From Candidatus Saccharibacteria bacterium UBA6664 (GTDB lineage Bacteria; Patescibacteriota; Saccharimonadia; Saccharimonadales; Saccharimonadaceae), in NCBI GenBank assembly GCA_002455275.1, contig DKKO01000006.1, positions 50,850 to 114,849 on the forward strand: a stretch of 64,000 nt of DNA, written 5' to 3'. Position numbers and translations under genes: made by a program. The notes beneath the pieces are model-generated. The model saw nothing but the letters and a program-made list of their open reading frames with translations, was not told the DNA's origin and did not search any database. This document shows positions 27,313 to 36,495 of the stretch, in pieces (position 1 is the stretch's first letter; every line of letters begins with the position of its first letter).

Positions 27313-28422
27313 ATGCAAGAAAATGATGGTACTACACCAAATGAAGCGAAAGTTGATGAAACACAGCCGGTAGTTAATCCTCAATCGTCGCCTGAATCAA
27401 CCGTACATATTGTGCCTAAGCCGCTTATCGCAACGCCGGCCGCTCCTATTGCAAGTACTTCGCATAATTCACCAGGGCTATTAGTGCTTCAGTGGCTCAC
27501 GTATGCGTTCTGGGGTTGGACAGTGCTCGCGTTGGCCTGGCTAACTGTTATGAGCATAAACTACTTTATCGATACTTCCGCTGGCTCTGGTTACTTAGAC
27601 GGCATGATTGCGTACTCGTTAGCAGCGGTTATCGTATTGTTTGTTATATCACTGGTGTGTGATATTTTTTACGCTCGACAAGAGCCAGAACACAAAACCG
27701 GTGCCGCTATGGTAATAATGATAATCCATACCGTAATTTTTGCACTGTTTGGAATTGGTTCGCTTATTGTGGCAGTGTTTGCTATCGTGCGTATGCTGAT
27801 TGGCGACAGTGCGTACGGAGATAACAGTGGGCCACTCAGTACGCTTATTAGTTTCATTATAGTTGCGGTTGTGTATGGTATGACGCTGATTCGAACGCTT
27901 AACCCGAAATGGTTCAAACGAGCGGCGCTGGTATATTGGGTGTTTATGATTGTAGTAGTGGTAATAGTAACCGCACTTGGTATTGTGGGTCCTGCCGCTC
28001 AGGCACGTTTCACCAGAGACGACAGGCTAATATCAGATAATCTTGGACAAGTAAGTGCGGCCATTAACGACTATGCAAACAGTCAGACAGCATTACCGAA
28101 GTCGCTAAATGATATAAAGGGTGATTTGAAAGGTGACGCTAAGCTACTGCTTACTAAGAACCTGGTTGATTACAAGCCGCTAGGTATGAGTGATGATATT
28201 TCGAAAGTTACTACTCCAGCTACCGACACAACCACAGACCAGCCTCGCTTGTATACATTTGAATATGATTTATGCGTGACCTACAAAGCCGAGAGCGACT
28301 ACTACAGTACTTACACTACGCCAACCTCAGGTCAGCGCGACACAAGCCCAAGCACGTACGCTCACAAAAAGGGTAAAGTTTGCTACGAATTAGCAACTCG
28401 CTACCAAAGTAGCAGCTTCTAG
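27313..28422 (+). CDS. Hypothetical polytopic membrane protein with C-terminal extracytoplasmic domain
   Basis: Low-complexity N-terminus of about 50 aa, about 6 TM segments, and a C-terminal soluble part. No motif recognised. Confidence 0.6.
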   Translation: MQENDGTTPNEAKVDETQPVVNPQSSPESTVHIVPKPLIATPAAPIASTSHNSPGLLVLQWLTYAFWGWTVLALAWLTVMSINYFIDTSAGSGYLDGMIAYSLAAVIVLFVISLVCDIFYARQEPEHKTGAAMVIMIIHTVIFALFGIGSLIVAVFAIVRMLIGDSAYGDNSGPLSTLISFIIVAVVYGMTLIRTLNPKWFKRAALVYWVFMIVVVVIVTALGIVGPAAQARFTRDDRLISDNLGQVSAAINDYANSQTALPKSLNDIKGDLKGDAKLLLTKNLVDYKPLGMSDDISKVTTPATDTTTDQPRLYTFEYDLCVTYKAESDYYSTYTTPTSGQRDTSPSTYAHKKGKVCYELATRYQSSSF

Positions 28423-28457
28423 ATAGCGGCGACGCTTATGCTATAATATGTACAGTA

Positions 28458-29153
28458 ATGATTTTGTTAGATAGGGTAACAAAAACATACGGCAAAAGCA
28501 TGAAGCCTGCGCTTAGTCGTATTAGCTTGCACGTCGAACCGCGCGAGTTTGTTATTCTTGTGGGAACTAGTGGCGCCGGTAAATCAACCCTTCTAAAGCT
28601 TCTGACACGCGAAGAGAAACCGACCAGTGGCAAGATTGTTGTAGGCGGCATCGACTACGATCACCTAAAAGATAAGCACATACCGCTGCTTCGACGCAAA
28701 ATTGGCGTTGTCTTTCAAGATTTCAAATTGCTACCACAGCGAACCGTATATGAAAACGTGGCTTTCGCGCTAGAAATCGCTGGTATGACTAACCGTGAAA
28801 TCAAAAGCACAGTGCCGAAAGTTATCGAACTGGTTGGGCTAACAGGCAAGGAAAAGAGCTTTCCGCATCAGCTGAGTGGTGGTGAGCGCCAGCGAGTAGC
28901 GATTGCGCGCGCCGTGGTGCGTCAGCCAAAAATTTTGATTGCTGATGAGCCAACCGGAAACCTTGACCCAAAGCACAGCTGGGACATCGTGCGATTACTT
29001 GAAAAGATTAATCACTATGGCACGACTGTTCTATTAACTACCCACAACGTTGAAATTGTGAACAAGCTTAAACGGCGAGTGGTGACGCTTGACCATGGTA
29101 AAATCACCAGCGACCAAGCGCAAGGAAGCTATCGACAAGGAAGGGCCGCCTAG
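28458..29153 (+). CDS. ftsE: Cell-division ABC ATPase FtsE
   Basis: Walker [30 protein letters not shown]. Directly followed by ftsX. Confidence 0.9.
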   Translation: MILLDRVTKTYGKSMKPALSRISLHVEPREFVILVGTSGAGKSTLLKLLTREEKPTSGKIVVGGIDYDHLKDKHIPLLRRKIGVVFQDFKLLPQRTVYENVAFALEIAGMTNREIKSTVPKVIELVGLTGKEKSFPHQLSGGERQRVAIARAVVRQPKILIADEPTGNLDPKHSWDIVRLLEKINHYGTTVLLTTHNVEIVNKLKRRVVTLDHGKITSDQAQGSYRQGRAA

Positions 29154-30130
29154 TGGCACGCAAGCTCGACGCTAAGGCTTTTGCTCAGCAAAAGCGCAAA
29201 CGACGCCAATGGCTGACATTTATTCGTATGTGTCGCTACGGTGTAAATAACTTTAGCCGTAACGCGTGGTTAACAATAGCTGCGACTGCCGTTATGACCA
29301 TCACGCTACTCATCGTGTTCGCAACATTAGCAGCCCGAAGCACGCTAGTTACTACCGTAGAGGATATTCGTGACAAAGTGGACATGTCGATTTATCTGAA
29401 GACCGATGTTGAAGATGGTGCGGTGGAAACAATTCGCAGTGATCTAAAGCAACTATCAAGTGTTACCGATGTTTCCTATGTGTCACCAGAGGAGGCCCGT
29501 GCCGACTTCGCTAAACAAAATGGTAAAAATGCCGATACATTGAGTGCGCTCAATGAAGCAGTTAACAAGTTTCCTGGCACGATTCGTGTTAGCTTGGTGG
29601 ATATTAACGACACCAAACAACTTGATAACTTCGTGAAGAATAATGAAACGTTGAAAGCAAACATCGACCCAGATAGAAAGCCGTCGTTCGCGGGCGAGCG
29701 TCGCACGGCTATTCAAAACATTGCTCGTACGGTTACCTTTGCCGACCGCGCTGGTTTGATAGGTAGCATTGTGTTTATCGCGATTTCATCACTTATCGTG
29801 TTCAACACCATTCGTATGGCGATTTTCAACCGAAAAGACGAGATAGAAATGATGAAGCTTATCGGTGCTGATAAGAGCTTTATTCGAGGCCCATTTATCG
29901 TAGAGGCGATTGTGTATGGCTTTATCGCGGCGATTATTGCTACAGGTCTTGGCATGCTCGGGTTGTTCTCGGCGCGTAGTAAGCTACTCGATTACGGTAT
30001 TGCGATTGGTCCAACGATAGATTACGCCGTGGCGTACATCGGCTTTATACTACTTGGCATGATTTTGCTTGGTGCTATAATAGGTGTAGTTTCGTCGCTA
30101 TTGGCAACACGACGATATTTGAAAATTTAA
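29153..30130 (+). CDS. ftsX: Cell-division ABC permease-like FtsX
   Basis: 325 aa. N-terminal TM, an extracellular domain of about 120 aa, and a C-terminal 3-TM FtsX bundle. Abuts ftsE. Confidence 0.88.
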   Translation: MARKLDAKAFAQQKRKRRQWLTFIRMCRYGVNNFSRNAWLTIAATAVMTITLLIVFATLAARSTLVTTVEDIRDKVDMSIYLKTDVEDGAVETIRSDLKQLSSVTDVSYVSPEEARADFAKQNGKNADTLSALNEAVNKFPGTIRVSLVDINDTKQLDNFVKNNETLKANIDPDRKPSFAGERRTAIQNIARTVTFADRAGLIGSIVFIAISSLIVFNTIRMAIFNRKDEIEMMKLIGADKSFIRGPFIVEAIVYGFIAAIIATGLGMLGLFSARSKLLDYGIAIGPTIDYAVAYIGFILLGMILLGAIIGVVSSLLATRRYLKI

Positions 30131-30138
30131 ACAAAAAA

Positions 30139-30168
30139 TTGACAAAACAATAATGCTTATGGTAAAAT
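30139..30168 (+). promoter_or_regulatory. Promoter for the CHAP hydrolase gene
   Basis: TTGACA(30139-44), an 18-nt spacer containing TGG, TAAAAT(30163-68), 8 nt, then ATG 30177. Confidence 0.55.
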
Positions 30169-30176
30169 ACATCTAT

Positions 30177-31343
30177 ATGAAACAGCGGTCCACCACACCA
30201 GTTTCAACCTCTTTCGCCACTCGTGCAGCGCTTGTGGCCGCTTCCATACTTATGATGATTGCAGCGCCTATCGCGATTGCTCCTCAGGCTAAAGCAGATA
30301 AATATGATGAACAAATCGCAGCTCTGCAAAAGCAGATTGATGCATACAACTCTCAGGCAAGCAAGCTCGGCAAAGAACGTCAGACCTACGAAAACCAACT
30401 CGCGAAGCTTAACAACGAAAAAGCCCAAATTCAAGCCCAAATCGATATCTCACAGGCTAAGGCAGATAAGCTGCAGCAGCAAATTGAAGAAAATCAGCGA
30501 AAAATTGAAGAAAACAAAGAAGCTTTGGGTGTCATTATTGCTGATATGTATGTCGACGATAACATTACACCGCTCGAGCTACTTGCAAGTAGCAAAAACA
30601 TTGGTGATTACGTTGACAAACAAGCCTATCGTGAGTCAATCCAAGATACACTAACCCAGACAATCGACCGAATTAATGCGCTAAAGAAGAAGCTTGAAGC
30701 GCAAAAGAAGGCGGTTGAACGTGAACTCGCTCAGCAAACCCTAGCGCGCAATGCCTTGCAAGAAAAAGAGAACGAAAAAGCTAACTTGATTGCGAAAGTT
30801 CGTGGTCGAGAAAGCGTCTTCCAAAACCTATCTGCTAAAGCAGAACAAGAAAAGCTAGAAGTACAGCGTGCACAACAGGCAGCAATTGAAGCTGCGATGA
30901 ACGCAGGCGGCGGTGGTACCTTCCTTCCTGGTGATCCAAACAAGGGTGGCTATCCATGGCAAGCAGGCTGCTACGTTGATGCAAACGCAATGTCATCTGG
31001 TGCTGATCCACTCGGATACGGCTGTCGTCAGTGTGTAAGCTACACTGCCTGGAAAGTTGGTCAACGAACAGGTAATTTCCCACGCTATTGGGGTAATGCG
31101 AACATGTGGCCAGGTAGCGCTCGCGCTTCTGGTTACTCGACGGGCTCAACTCCACGAGCACACTCTGTTGGTGTTATTTCAGCTGGTCAATACGGTCACG
31201 TAGTATGGGTAGAGCGCGTCAATGGCGACGGCACAGTAAATATTAGCCAATACAACTACTACAATGCGGGTGGCCCAGGTTGGGGCAACTACAGCGAAAT
31301 GCGTGTCCCCGCATCAACCTACGACACTTACATATACTTCTAG
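30177..31343 (+). CDS. Secreted coiled-coil + CHAP-domain peptidoglycan hydrolase (PcsB/CwlO-like architecture)
   Basis: Start set at ATG 30177 (MKQRSTTP...). Signal/TM segment, a coiled coil of about 200 aa, and a C-terminal CHAP domain with Cys (CRQCVSYTAW) and His (YGHVVWVE). Confidence 0.8.
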   Translation: MKQRSTTPVSTSFATRAALVAASILMMIAAPIAIAPQAKADKYDEQIAALQKQIDAYNSQASKLGKERQTYENQLAKLNNEKAQIQAQIDISQAKADKLQQQIEENQRKIEENKEALGVIIADMYVDDNITPLELLASSKNIGDYVDKQAYRESIQDTLTQTIDRINALKKKLEAQKKAVERELAQQTLARNALQEKENEKANLIAKVRGRESVFQNLSAKAEQEKLEVQRAQQAAIEAAMNAGGGGTFLPGDPNKGGYPWQAGCYVDANAMSSGADPLGYGCRQCVSYTAWKVGQRTGNFPRYWGNANMWPGSARASGYSTGSTPRAHSVGVISAGQYGHVVWVERVNGDGTVNISQYNYYNAGGPGWGNYSEMRVPASTYDTYIYF

Positions 31344-31363
31344 TGATTGGTATACTAGAACAA

Positions 31364-32542
31364 GTGAATAATAGGGTAGAACTAACAAAACTAACGCTCG
31401 CGTTTGGTGTACTGCTGGTGCTAGCACTTGGCTTTATTGCTGGTACGCGTAGCGACGAGCTGTACCGTGCTCTCGCTCCTGCGGTAGGGGTGAAGGTTGA
31501 TGATAAATTGAATCTCAGCGATGTTGAGTTCACCTACAGTCAGCTTACTTCACACTTTAACGGCAATCTAGATAGTGATAAGTTGCTTGAAGGTGCTAGC
31601 AGAGGGCTTGTAGAGGCTGCTAATGACCCTTACACCATTTACATGAGTGCTAAAGAAGCTAAAGAGTTCGAAAAAGACTTAAGCGGAGATATCGGTGGCG
31701 GTATCGGCGCCGAGATTGGCATTCGCAAAGGTCAACCAACGGTTATACGCACATTACCTGAGAACCCTGCGCAAAAAGCTGGTATCCACGCCGGTGACGT
31801 AATTATCGCGGTAAACGATGAAGTAACTATAGACTGGGATGCGGATAGCACGGTGAAGGTAATACGAGGTGAAATCGGCACAACGGTAAAGATTACCGTG
31901 CGTCGTGGCAATGAGACCAAGAAGTTCTCTATTACTCGTGCAGAGGTAAATAACCCCAGCGTGCAGAGCAAAATACAAAACGGTGTCGGTGTACTCACCG
32001 TTACGCGTTTCGACAACGATACTGCTGATTTAACCAGGCGCGCGGCTGAAAAATTCGTATCAAAGCGAGTTAAAGCAGTCGTACTTGATCTACGTGGAAA
32101 TGGTGGTGGCTTCCTTGATGCAGCGCCACGCGTTGCTGGCTTATGGCTGGACGACAAGGTGGTAGTGACTACTCATAACAACACGAGCGACCAAGAATTG
32201 CGCGCCGAGGGTGACCCTATATTGAAAAATATTCCAACAGCGGTACTGGTAAATGGAAGCACTGCTAGCGCGGCAGAGATAGTTGCTGGTGCTATGAAAG
32301 ATTACAACGCTGCGCAGCTGGTAGGCGAGCGCACCTTCGGCAAAGGCACCGTGCAAGAAATTGTGCCGCTTCGAAATGGAGCACAGCTGAAAGTCACTAT
32401 CACTCGTTGGTTTACGCCAAAGGGCAACAACATCACAAAATCAGGCATCAAGCCAAATATTTCGGTTGATTTAACGCAAAAAGACGTCGATAATAACCGC
32501 GATCCACAACTCGAGAGAGCCCTAAAAGAACTTGGTGTGTGA
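31364..32542 (+). CDS. S41 C-terminal processing peptidase (Ctp/Prc family)
   Basis: PDZ (PAQKAGIHAGDVIIAVND), VLDLRGNGGG, catalytic Ser region STASAAEIVAG and Lys region GERTFGKGTVQ. The start is uncertain (GTG 31364 or GTG 31343). The ORF-track start at 31280 overlaps the upstream gene. Confidence 0.85.
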   Translation: MNNRVELTKLTLAFGVLLVLALGFIAGTRSDELYRALAPAVGVKVDDKLNLSDVEFTYSQLTSHFNGNLDSDKLLEGASRGLVEAANDPYTIYMSAKEAKEFEKDLSGDIGGGIGAEIGIRKGQPTVIRTLPENPAQKAGIHAGDVIIAVNDEVTIDWDADSTVKVIRGEIGTTVKITVRRGNETKKFSITRAEVNNPSVQSKIQNGVGVLTVTRFDNDTADLTRRAAEKFVSKRVKAVVLDLRGNGGGFLDAAPRVAGLWLDDKVVVTTHNNTSDQELRAEGDPILKNIPTAVLVNGSTASAAEIVAGAMKDYNAAQLVGERTFGKGTVQEIVPLRNGAQLKVTITRWFTPKGNNITKSGIKPNISVDLTQKDVDNNRDPQLERALKELGV

Positions 32543-32585
32543 TAAAGGTTGTGCTTTGTCAATAATCGAGGTAGTATAGAGCTAT

Positions 32586-32966
32586 ATGACCGATAAAAAA
32601 CGTATTTTGCTCGTTGAAGACGATGAAACACTGAGCGAGGTGTATCGTTCACGACTCGACCTTGAAGGCTTTGAGGTTAAGGTAGTCGCCAACGGCGAAG
32701 ATGCACTTTCAACCGCGATGGAATACAAGCCTGACTTGATTTTGCTCGATGCGATGATGCCGAAAATTAGTGGCTTTGACGTGCTCGATATTTTGCGAAA
32801 CACTCCTGAAACCACCAACATTCGCGTAGTGATGCTCACCGCACTGAGTCAGCCAAAAGACAAGCAGCGTGCCGAAGAACTCGGAGCAGATGATTACTTG
32901 GTAAAATCACAGGTGGTAATAGGTGACGTCGTGGCACGCGTGAAGCACCACCTCGGTATCAAATAA
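32586..32966 (+). CDS. Stand-alone response-regulator receiver domain (CheY-like)
   Basis: 126 aa. Acidic pocket VEDDE, phospho-acceptor LILLDAMMP, conserved Lys in DYLVKS. No output domain. Confidence 0.88.
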   Translation: MTDKKRILLVEDDETLSEVYRSRLDLEGFEVKVVANGEDALSTAMEYKPDLILLDAMMPKISGFDVLDILRNTPETTNIRVVMLTALSQPKDKQRAEELGADDYLVKSQVVIGDVVARVKHHLGIK

Positions 32967-33013
32967 ACGATACAAGCTGGCATAACAAATAAGTTTATGC
33001 TATTATATAGCTA

Positions 33014-33157
33014 ATGAGTACTGAATTTGATGACGTGCATGGCACGTTTTTTCTTGACCACGGCTGGGTTGAAGTTCAGCCCCTGGTCATTTTGCCACCC
33101 TGCGAGAGTGAGCTTGGGTTTGTTGCGGGCCTTGCGCTAGCACTTGAAGATGCCTGA
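33014..33157 (+). CDS. Possible 47-aa small protein (below the ORF-track cutoff)
   Basis: ATG 33014 to TGA 33155-57 reads MSTEFDDVHGTFFLDHGWVEVQPLVILPPCESELGFVAGLALALEDA. TATTAT at 33001-06 lies 7 nt before the ATG. No homology recognised. Confidence 0.3.
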   Translation: MSTEFDDVHGTFFLDHGWVEVQPLVILPPCESELGFVAGLALALEDA

Positions 33158-33178
33158 GCGCAGAAAAGCATGAGCATA

Positions 33179-33207
33179 TTGACAAAATAGCTATTTTTTG
33201 CTATAAT
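33179..33207 (+). promoter_or_regulatory. Consensus promoter driving a leaderless mRNA
   Basis: TTGACA(33179-84), a 17-nt spacer, TATAAT(33202-07), 6 nt, then ATG(33214). Confidence 0.7.
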
Positions 33208-33213
33208 GTAGCT

Positions 33214-33531
33214 ATGACGAACATTGAAACAAACACAAGAGCGACAATGCCACTCCCATCGGATAAAATACCTTCAGCGAGTGAATTAAAATCTACTGCA
33301 CTGGATGTTGTACGTGAAGCGCGCAGGTTGCGACGTCGTGCCGTATTGAGTAGGATTACGCTTGGTCTCATTGCACCTGAAGGCCCACGAGATTCAGCGC
33401 CTGGCGATATCGACCCAGAAGCGCCACTTGGCTATACCGATTCGGGTGAACCTAAGAAAGTAACCAATCTTCACATTGTAGACCCGGAAGGTAAAAAGCC
33501 GACCAAAGTAATCAAAGTAAAGAACTGGTAG
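33214..33531 (+). CDS. Hypothetical 105-aa protein
   Basis: ORF directly behind a consensus promoter. Charged and Pro-rich. No motif recognised. Confidence 0.55.
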   Translation: MTNIETNTRATMPLPSDKIPSASELKSTALDVVREARRLRRRAVLSRITLGLIAPEGPRDSAPGDIDPEAPLGYTDSGEPKKVTNLHIVDPEGKKPTKVIKVKNW

Positions 33532-33541
33532 GAGAATTGCA

Positions 33542-33835
33542 ATGACAAGTGAATTTGGTCCTAGTCCATCACACGAACATACCGAACAGCCAGAAGGCGT
33601 GCCAGCTATTTTAACTCATGATGGTGCAGACGTGGCAGGATACGTGATTGATGTAATGCGAGATGCCGAAGGCAATGCTGTTCGCTATCGCTTTGTGTCG
33701 GAAGATGGTGCTTTGGGCACGGTCGTGGCAGTAGGCGATCCGGTACTAACACTTATGGGCGAGCCCGACTTCGATAATAAAACGGGGCGAGCTTCTCTCG
33801 AAGACCGTTTAGACGGCGACACTACTGAAGAATAA
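33542..33835 (+). CDS. Hypothetical acidic 97-aa protein
   Basis: Lies 10 nt after the previous ORF, with GGAG upstream, and is followed by a strong terminator. Confidence 0.55.
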   Translation: MTSEFGPSPSHEHTEQPEGVPAILTHDGADVAGYVIDVMRDAEGNAVRYRFVSEDGALGTVVAVGDPVLTLMGEPDFDNKTGRASLEDRLDGDTTEE

Positions 33836-33853
33836 TAGAAATTGCTGCAACTA

Positions 33854-33878
33854 AAATCGCCTCCGATGGAGGCGATTT
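33854..33878. terminator. Bidirectional intrinsic terminator
   Basis: Perfect 11-bp stem AAATCGCCTCC / GGAGGCGATTT with a GAT loop, A-run 5' and T-run 3'. It sits between the convergent 33542-33835 (+) and rpmA (-). Confidence 0.8.
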
Positions 33879-33893
33879 CGCATAAAAACTAGT

Positions 33894-34166
33894 TTACTCG
33901 ACTACTACTTGAGTACGAGGGGCGGTTTTGCCAGTAAAGCGACGTACCTTTACCTTTTTGAAGGCAACAGTGCCGTCTTGAGCAGCATGAATAGTGAAGT
34001 TGCGACTCATAAAGGTGCCAGGACCTGCAACTTTGGTGCTGCCTGTTTGGCGTACTAATACTTCGCCTTCAGAGACTTTTTGGCCACCAAAACGCTTCAC
34101 GCCGAGACGTGCACCAGCATTGTTGTGGATGTTCTTACTTGAACCACCAGCTTTGACGTGTGACAT
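33894..34166 (-). CDS. rpmA: 50S ribosomal protein L27
   Basis: 90 aa starting MSHVKAGGSSKNIHNNAGARLGVKRFGGQ. SD AAGGAG upstream. No rplU next to it. Confidence 0.92.
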   Translation of the reverse strand: MSHVKAGGSSKNIHNNAGARLGVKRFGGQKVSEGEVLVRQTGSTKVAGPGTFMSRNFTIHAAQDGTVAFKKVKVRRFTGKTAPRTQVVVE

Positions 34167-34248
34167 AGCTGCTTACTCCTTAGGTTGCTATTAATCAATC
34201 TGTACAATTGTACTAAAGTTTCATCGTTTTTGCAAGAGGTGAGGTGGC

Positions 34249-35403
34249 TTAGATTTTTGTAAGAACCAGTAGCTGCCGGGCAACTATTTGGTCTTCACGA
34301 AAATATAGAAGCTCACGCGACCTTACGTGGGTAAGCGCGTGTTCGCTATAGCCAAGCGAATCAAGATTTTCAACCAGAGGTAAATGAGTAAACATGCCTC
34401 TCCCATCACGCCAGGCGGGCACCGCAAGGCACAGTGGCGTGCCAGGGCTAAGTTGGCCAGCGATGTTTTTAAGAAAATTCGAGATGATATGGTTACAATT
34501 TCCCCGTACTTCCTTGAGTTTCATGCTTGATGGTGGGGCAGAAAACGGTTGTCCAAGGTAGGTTTCGGCCACCACGGCATCAATCGGCTTCTTCCAGCTT
34601 GCTGTCATGGCGTCGGCTTCTTCCAGTGTGGCGTCAGTTGAAAGCGCATACTTTTCTTTGAGCCATTTCATATTTATCTCGCTGTATCGAACCATTTTTT
34701 CAGCTAAATCAGTACCATATACGTCGTGTCCTAGCAGGGCAGCTTCCTGCAATACAACACCAGTGCCACAGAACGGGTCGAGTACACGCCCCTCATGCGT
34801 TCCAGATAGGTTTACCATCATCAGCGCAAGCTTTGGTGGCAACATGCCGACAAAAGCATCAGTTTTTGGCCGTGCTTGGTCGCGGGCAGCAAACGCTTCG
34901 AAGTCTTGCACTTGAGTAACTTGCCCAAGTACTGTTTCATTGCCAACTTTAATGCCCACTAGCTCCATGCCAAGAGGTGAAGTGAGGGAGTTGTGGTAGG
35001 TTTGCGCGCTAGAAAGCTCTGCGTGCGTATTTGGGATAACTCGAACTGAGCGACCAGCGTTCTTCACGACTTTTTTCAGCGAAAGCATGTTGGCGTTGAT
35101 ACGATCTATCGGCATGTCGAAACCATACAGGCTAATGCCAAGTTTTAGCTTACCCTCGGGGACGTATTGCAGATGTTTCGGAAGCTCTCGCCGGCAGTAA
35201 TCGAACACTTTTTGTGGGTTGGCTGTCGGCAGGGTTGTAAGATGTTTCGCGACCTTTGTGGTGCCACCCAAACGCTCCAAAGATATGTCGGCATCGACAA
35301 AAGCAAATTGATCGGCGAATGGCTCAATTGTTTGCGCACCAAAAACTTGCTCAAGCTCGGCCAAGCCTAGTGCAGGTTGTCGTCCTAAAATCGCGATTTG
35401 CAT
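34249..35403 (-). CDS. SAM-dependent (probably RNA) methyltransferase, UPF0020/Trm11-like
   Basis: Start set at ATG 35403 (MQIAILGRQPALG...). SAM motif VLDPFCGTGVVLQEAALLG. The 47-codon N-terminal extension in the ORF track overlaps the divergent promoter region. Confidence 0.7.
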   Translation of the reverse strand: MQIAILGRQPALGLAELEQVFGAQTIEPFADQFAFVDADISLERLGGTTKVAKHLTTLPTANPQKVFDYCRRELPKHLQYVPEGKLKLGISLYGFDMPIDRINANMLSLKKVVKNAGRSVRVIPNTHAELSSAQTYHNSLTSPLGMELVGIKVGNETVLGQVTQVQDFEAFAARDQARPKTDAFVGMLPPKLALMMVNLSGTHEGRVLDPFCGTGVVLQEAALLGHDVYGTDLAEKMVRYSEINMKWLKEKYALSTDATLEEADAMTASWKKPIDAVVAETYLGQPFSAPPSSMKLKEVRGNCNHIISNFLKNIAGQLSPGTPLCLAVPAWRDGRGMFTHLPLVENLDSLGYSEHALTHVRSRELLYFREDQIVARQLLVLTKI

Positions 35404-35451
35404 ACTATTAGTAGTATACGGCAAACAGGGAGGCAATGTATAATGAAAGAT

Positions 35452-36495
35452 ATGTCGCTTAGAGGTTGGATTAGTGCGGTTACTTTGATACTGTTGGGTG
35501 TCATAGTATTCTTGGCTCGCGATGAGATTGTACACGCGTGGCACTTGCTCGGCAGCGTTAACCTTTGGATCTTGGCGCTTCTTTTCCCGCTACAGCTAAT
35601 AGCGTATTACGCCGCGGGCGAAATGATATTTAGCTATCTTCGTTCTAAGGATGCGATTAGCAAAGTAAAACGTGTCACGCAAATGCGAATGGCGCTTGAA
35701 ATGAATTTTGTAAATCATGTGCTACCAAGCGGAGGGGTCAGTGGTATCTCGTATATGAGCTGGCGTTTGGGCAAATACGGTGTTAGCCCAGGTCGGGCTA
35801 CGGCCGCGCAAGCAGTTCGTTATGCTATGGGCCTGCTGGCTGCCATGGTGTTGGTGGCACTTGCGGTATTCGCTGTTACGATAGACGGCAATATCAACCG
35901 TTGGATTATTCTTATTAGCGCCGGTATCGTGTCGATTATGGGTTTTGGCACCATAGGCCTAGTGTACTTGGTAAACAGCAAGCAGCGCATGGAAGATTTG
36001 TCTGCTTGGTTAAGTAAAAGAGTGAACCACTTTGTTTCAAGATTAACCCGCGGAAAAAAGCGTGTGGTATTGCGCGAAGTGAAAGTGCTCGAATTTTTTA
36101 CGGACATCCACGACGAATACAATAGTCTGAAGCGAGATCGACGTATTTTGCGACAACCATTTTGGTGGGCGGTGGTATTTACATTGGCAGACGCGAGCTT
36201 GTTTGCTGTAACGTTTTGGGCACTTGGTCAAAACGTAAACTTCGCGCCGGTGCTCATTGCATACGTGTTGGCTTCTATCGCGGGGTTTATTGTGGTTACC
36301 CCGGGTGGAGCAGGAGCGTATGAAGCAATCATGGTGACATTTCTCGCAATCGCAGGTATCAGCTCGGGCGTAGCAATCGCAGGTATTATTTTGGCGCGCG
36401 TCGTGATTTTGTTTACCACCATTGCACTTGGCTATTTGTTTTATCAACACGCAGTATTTAAGTATGGAAAAGGAAACAGTCCGATTAAGCGTTAG
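35452..36495 (+). CDS. UPF0104 / lysylphosphatidylglycerol-synthase-TM-like (flippase-like) membrane protein
   Basis: About 8 TM. Family-typical VVTPGGAGAYEAIMV. TATAAT at 35439-44 lies 7 nt before ATG 35452; an alternative ATG is at 35443. Confidence 0.7.
   Translation: MSLRGWISAVTLILLGVIVFLARDEIVHAWHLLGSVNLWILALLFPLQLIAYYAAGEMIFSYLRSKDAISKVKRVTQMRMALEMNFVNHVLPSGGVSGISYMSWRLGKYGVSPGRATAAQAVRYAMGLLAAMVLVALAVFAVTIDGNINRWIILISAGIVSIMGFGTIGLVYLVNSKQRMEDLSAWLSKRVNHFVSRLTRGKKRVVLREVKVLEFFTDIHDEYNSLKRDRRILRQPFWWAVVFTLADASLFAVTFWALGQNVNFAPVLIAYVLASIAGFIVVTPGGAGAYEAIMVTFLAIAGISSGVAIAGIILARVVILFTTIALGYLFYQHAVFKYGKGNSPIKR

Noticed and set aside
30153-30176. Longer N-terminal extensions offered by the ORF track: 30153, and likewise 8198, 12011, 31280, 35544(-), 35398, 36422, 38166, 40741, 43775, 46326, 51345 and 59695
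   Set aside because: In each case the extension overlaps the upstream gene or the promoter, and an internal ATG/GTG is preceded by an SD or a correctly spaced -10 box. The mature-looking N-termini also begin at the internal start. I used the internal starts.
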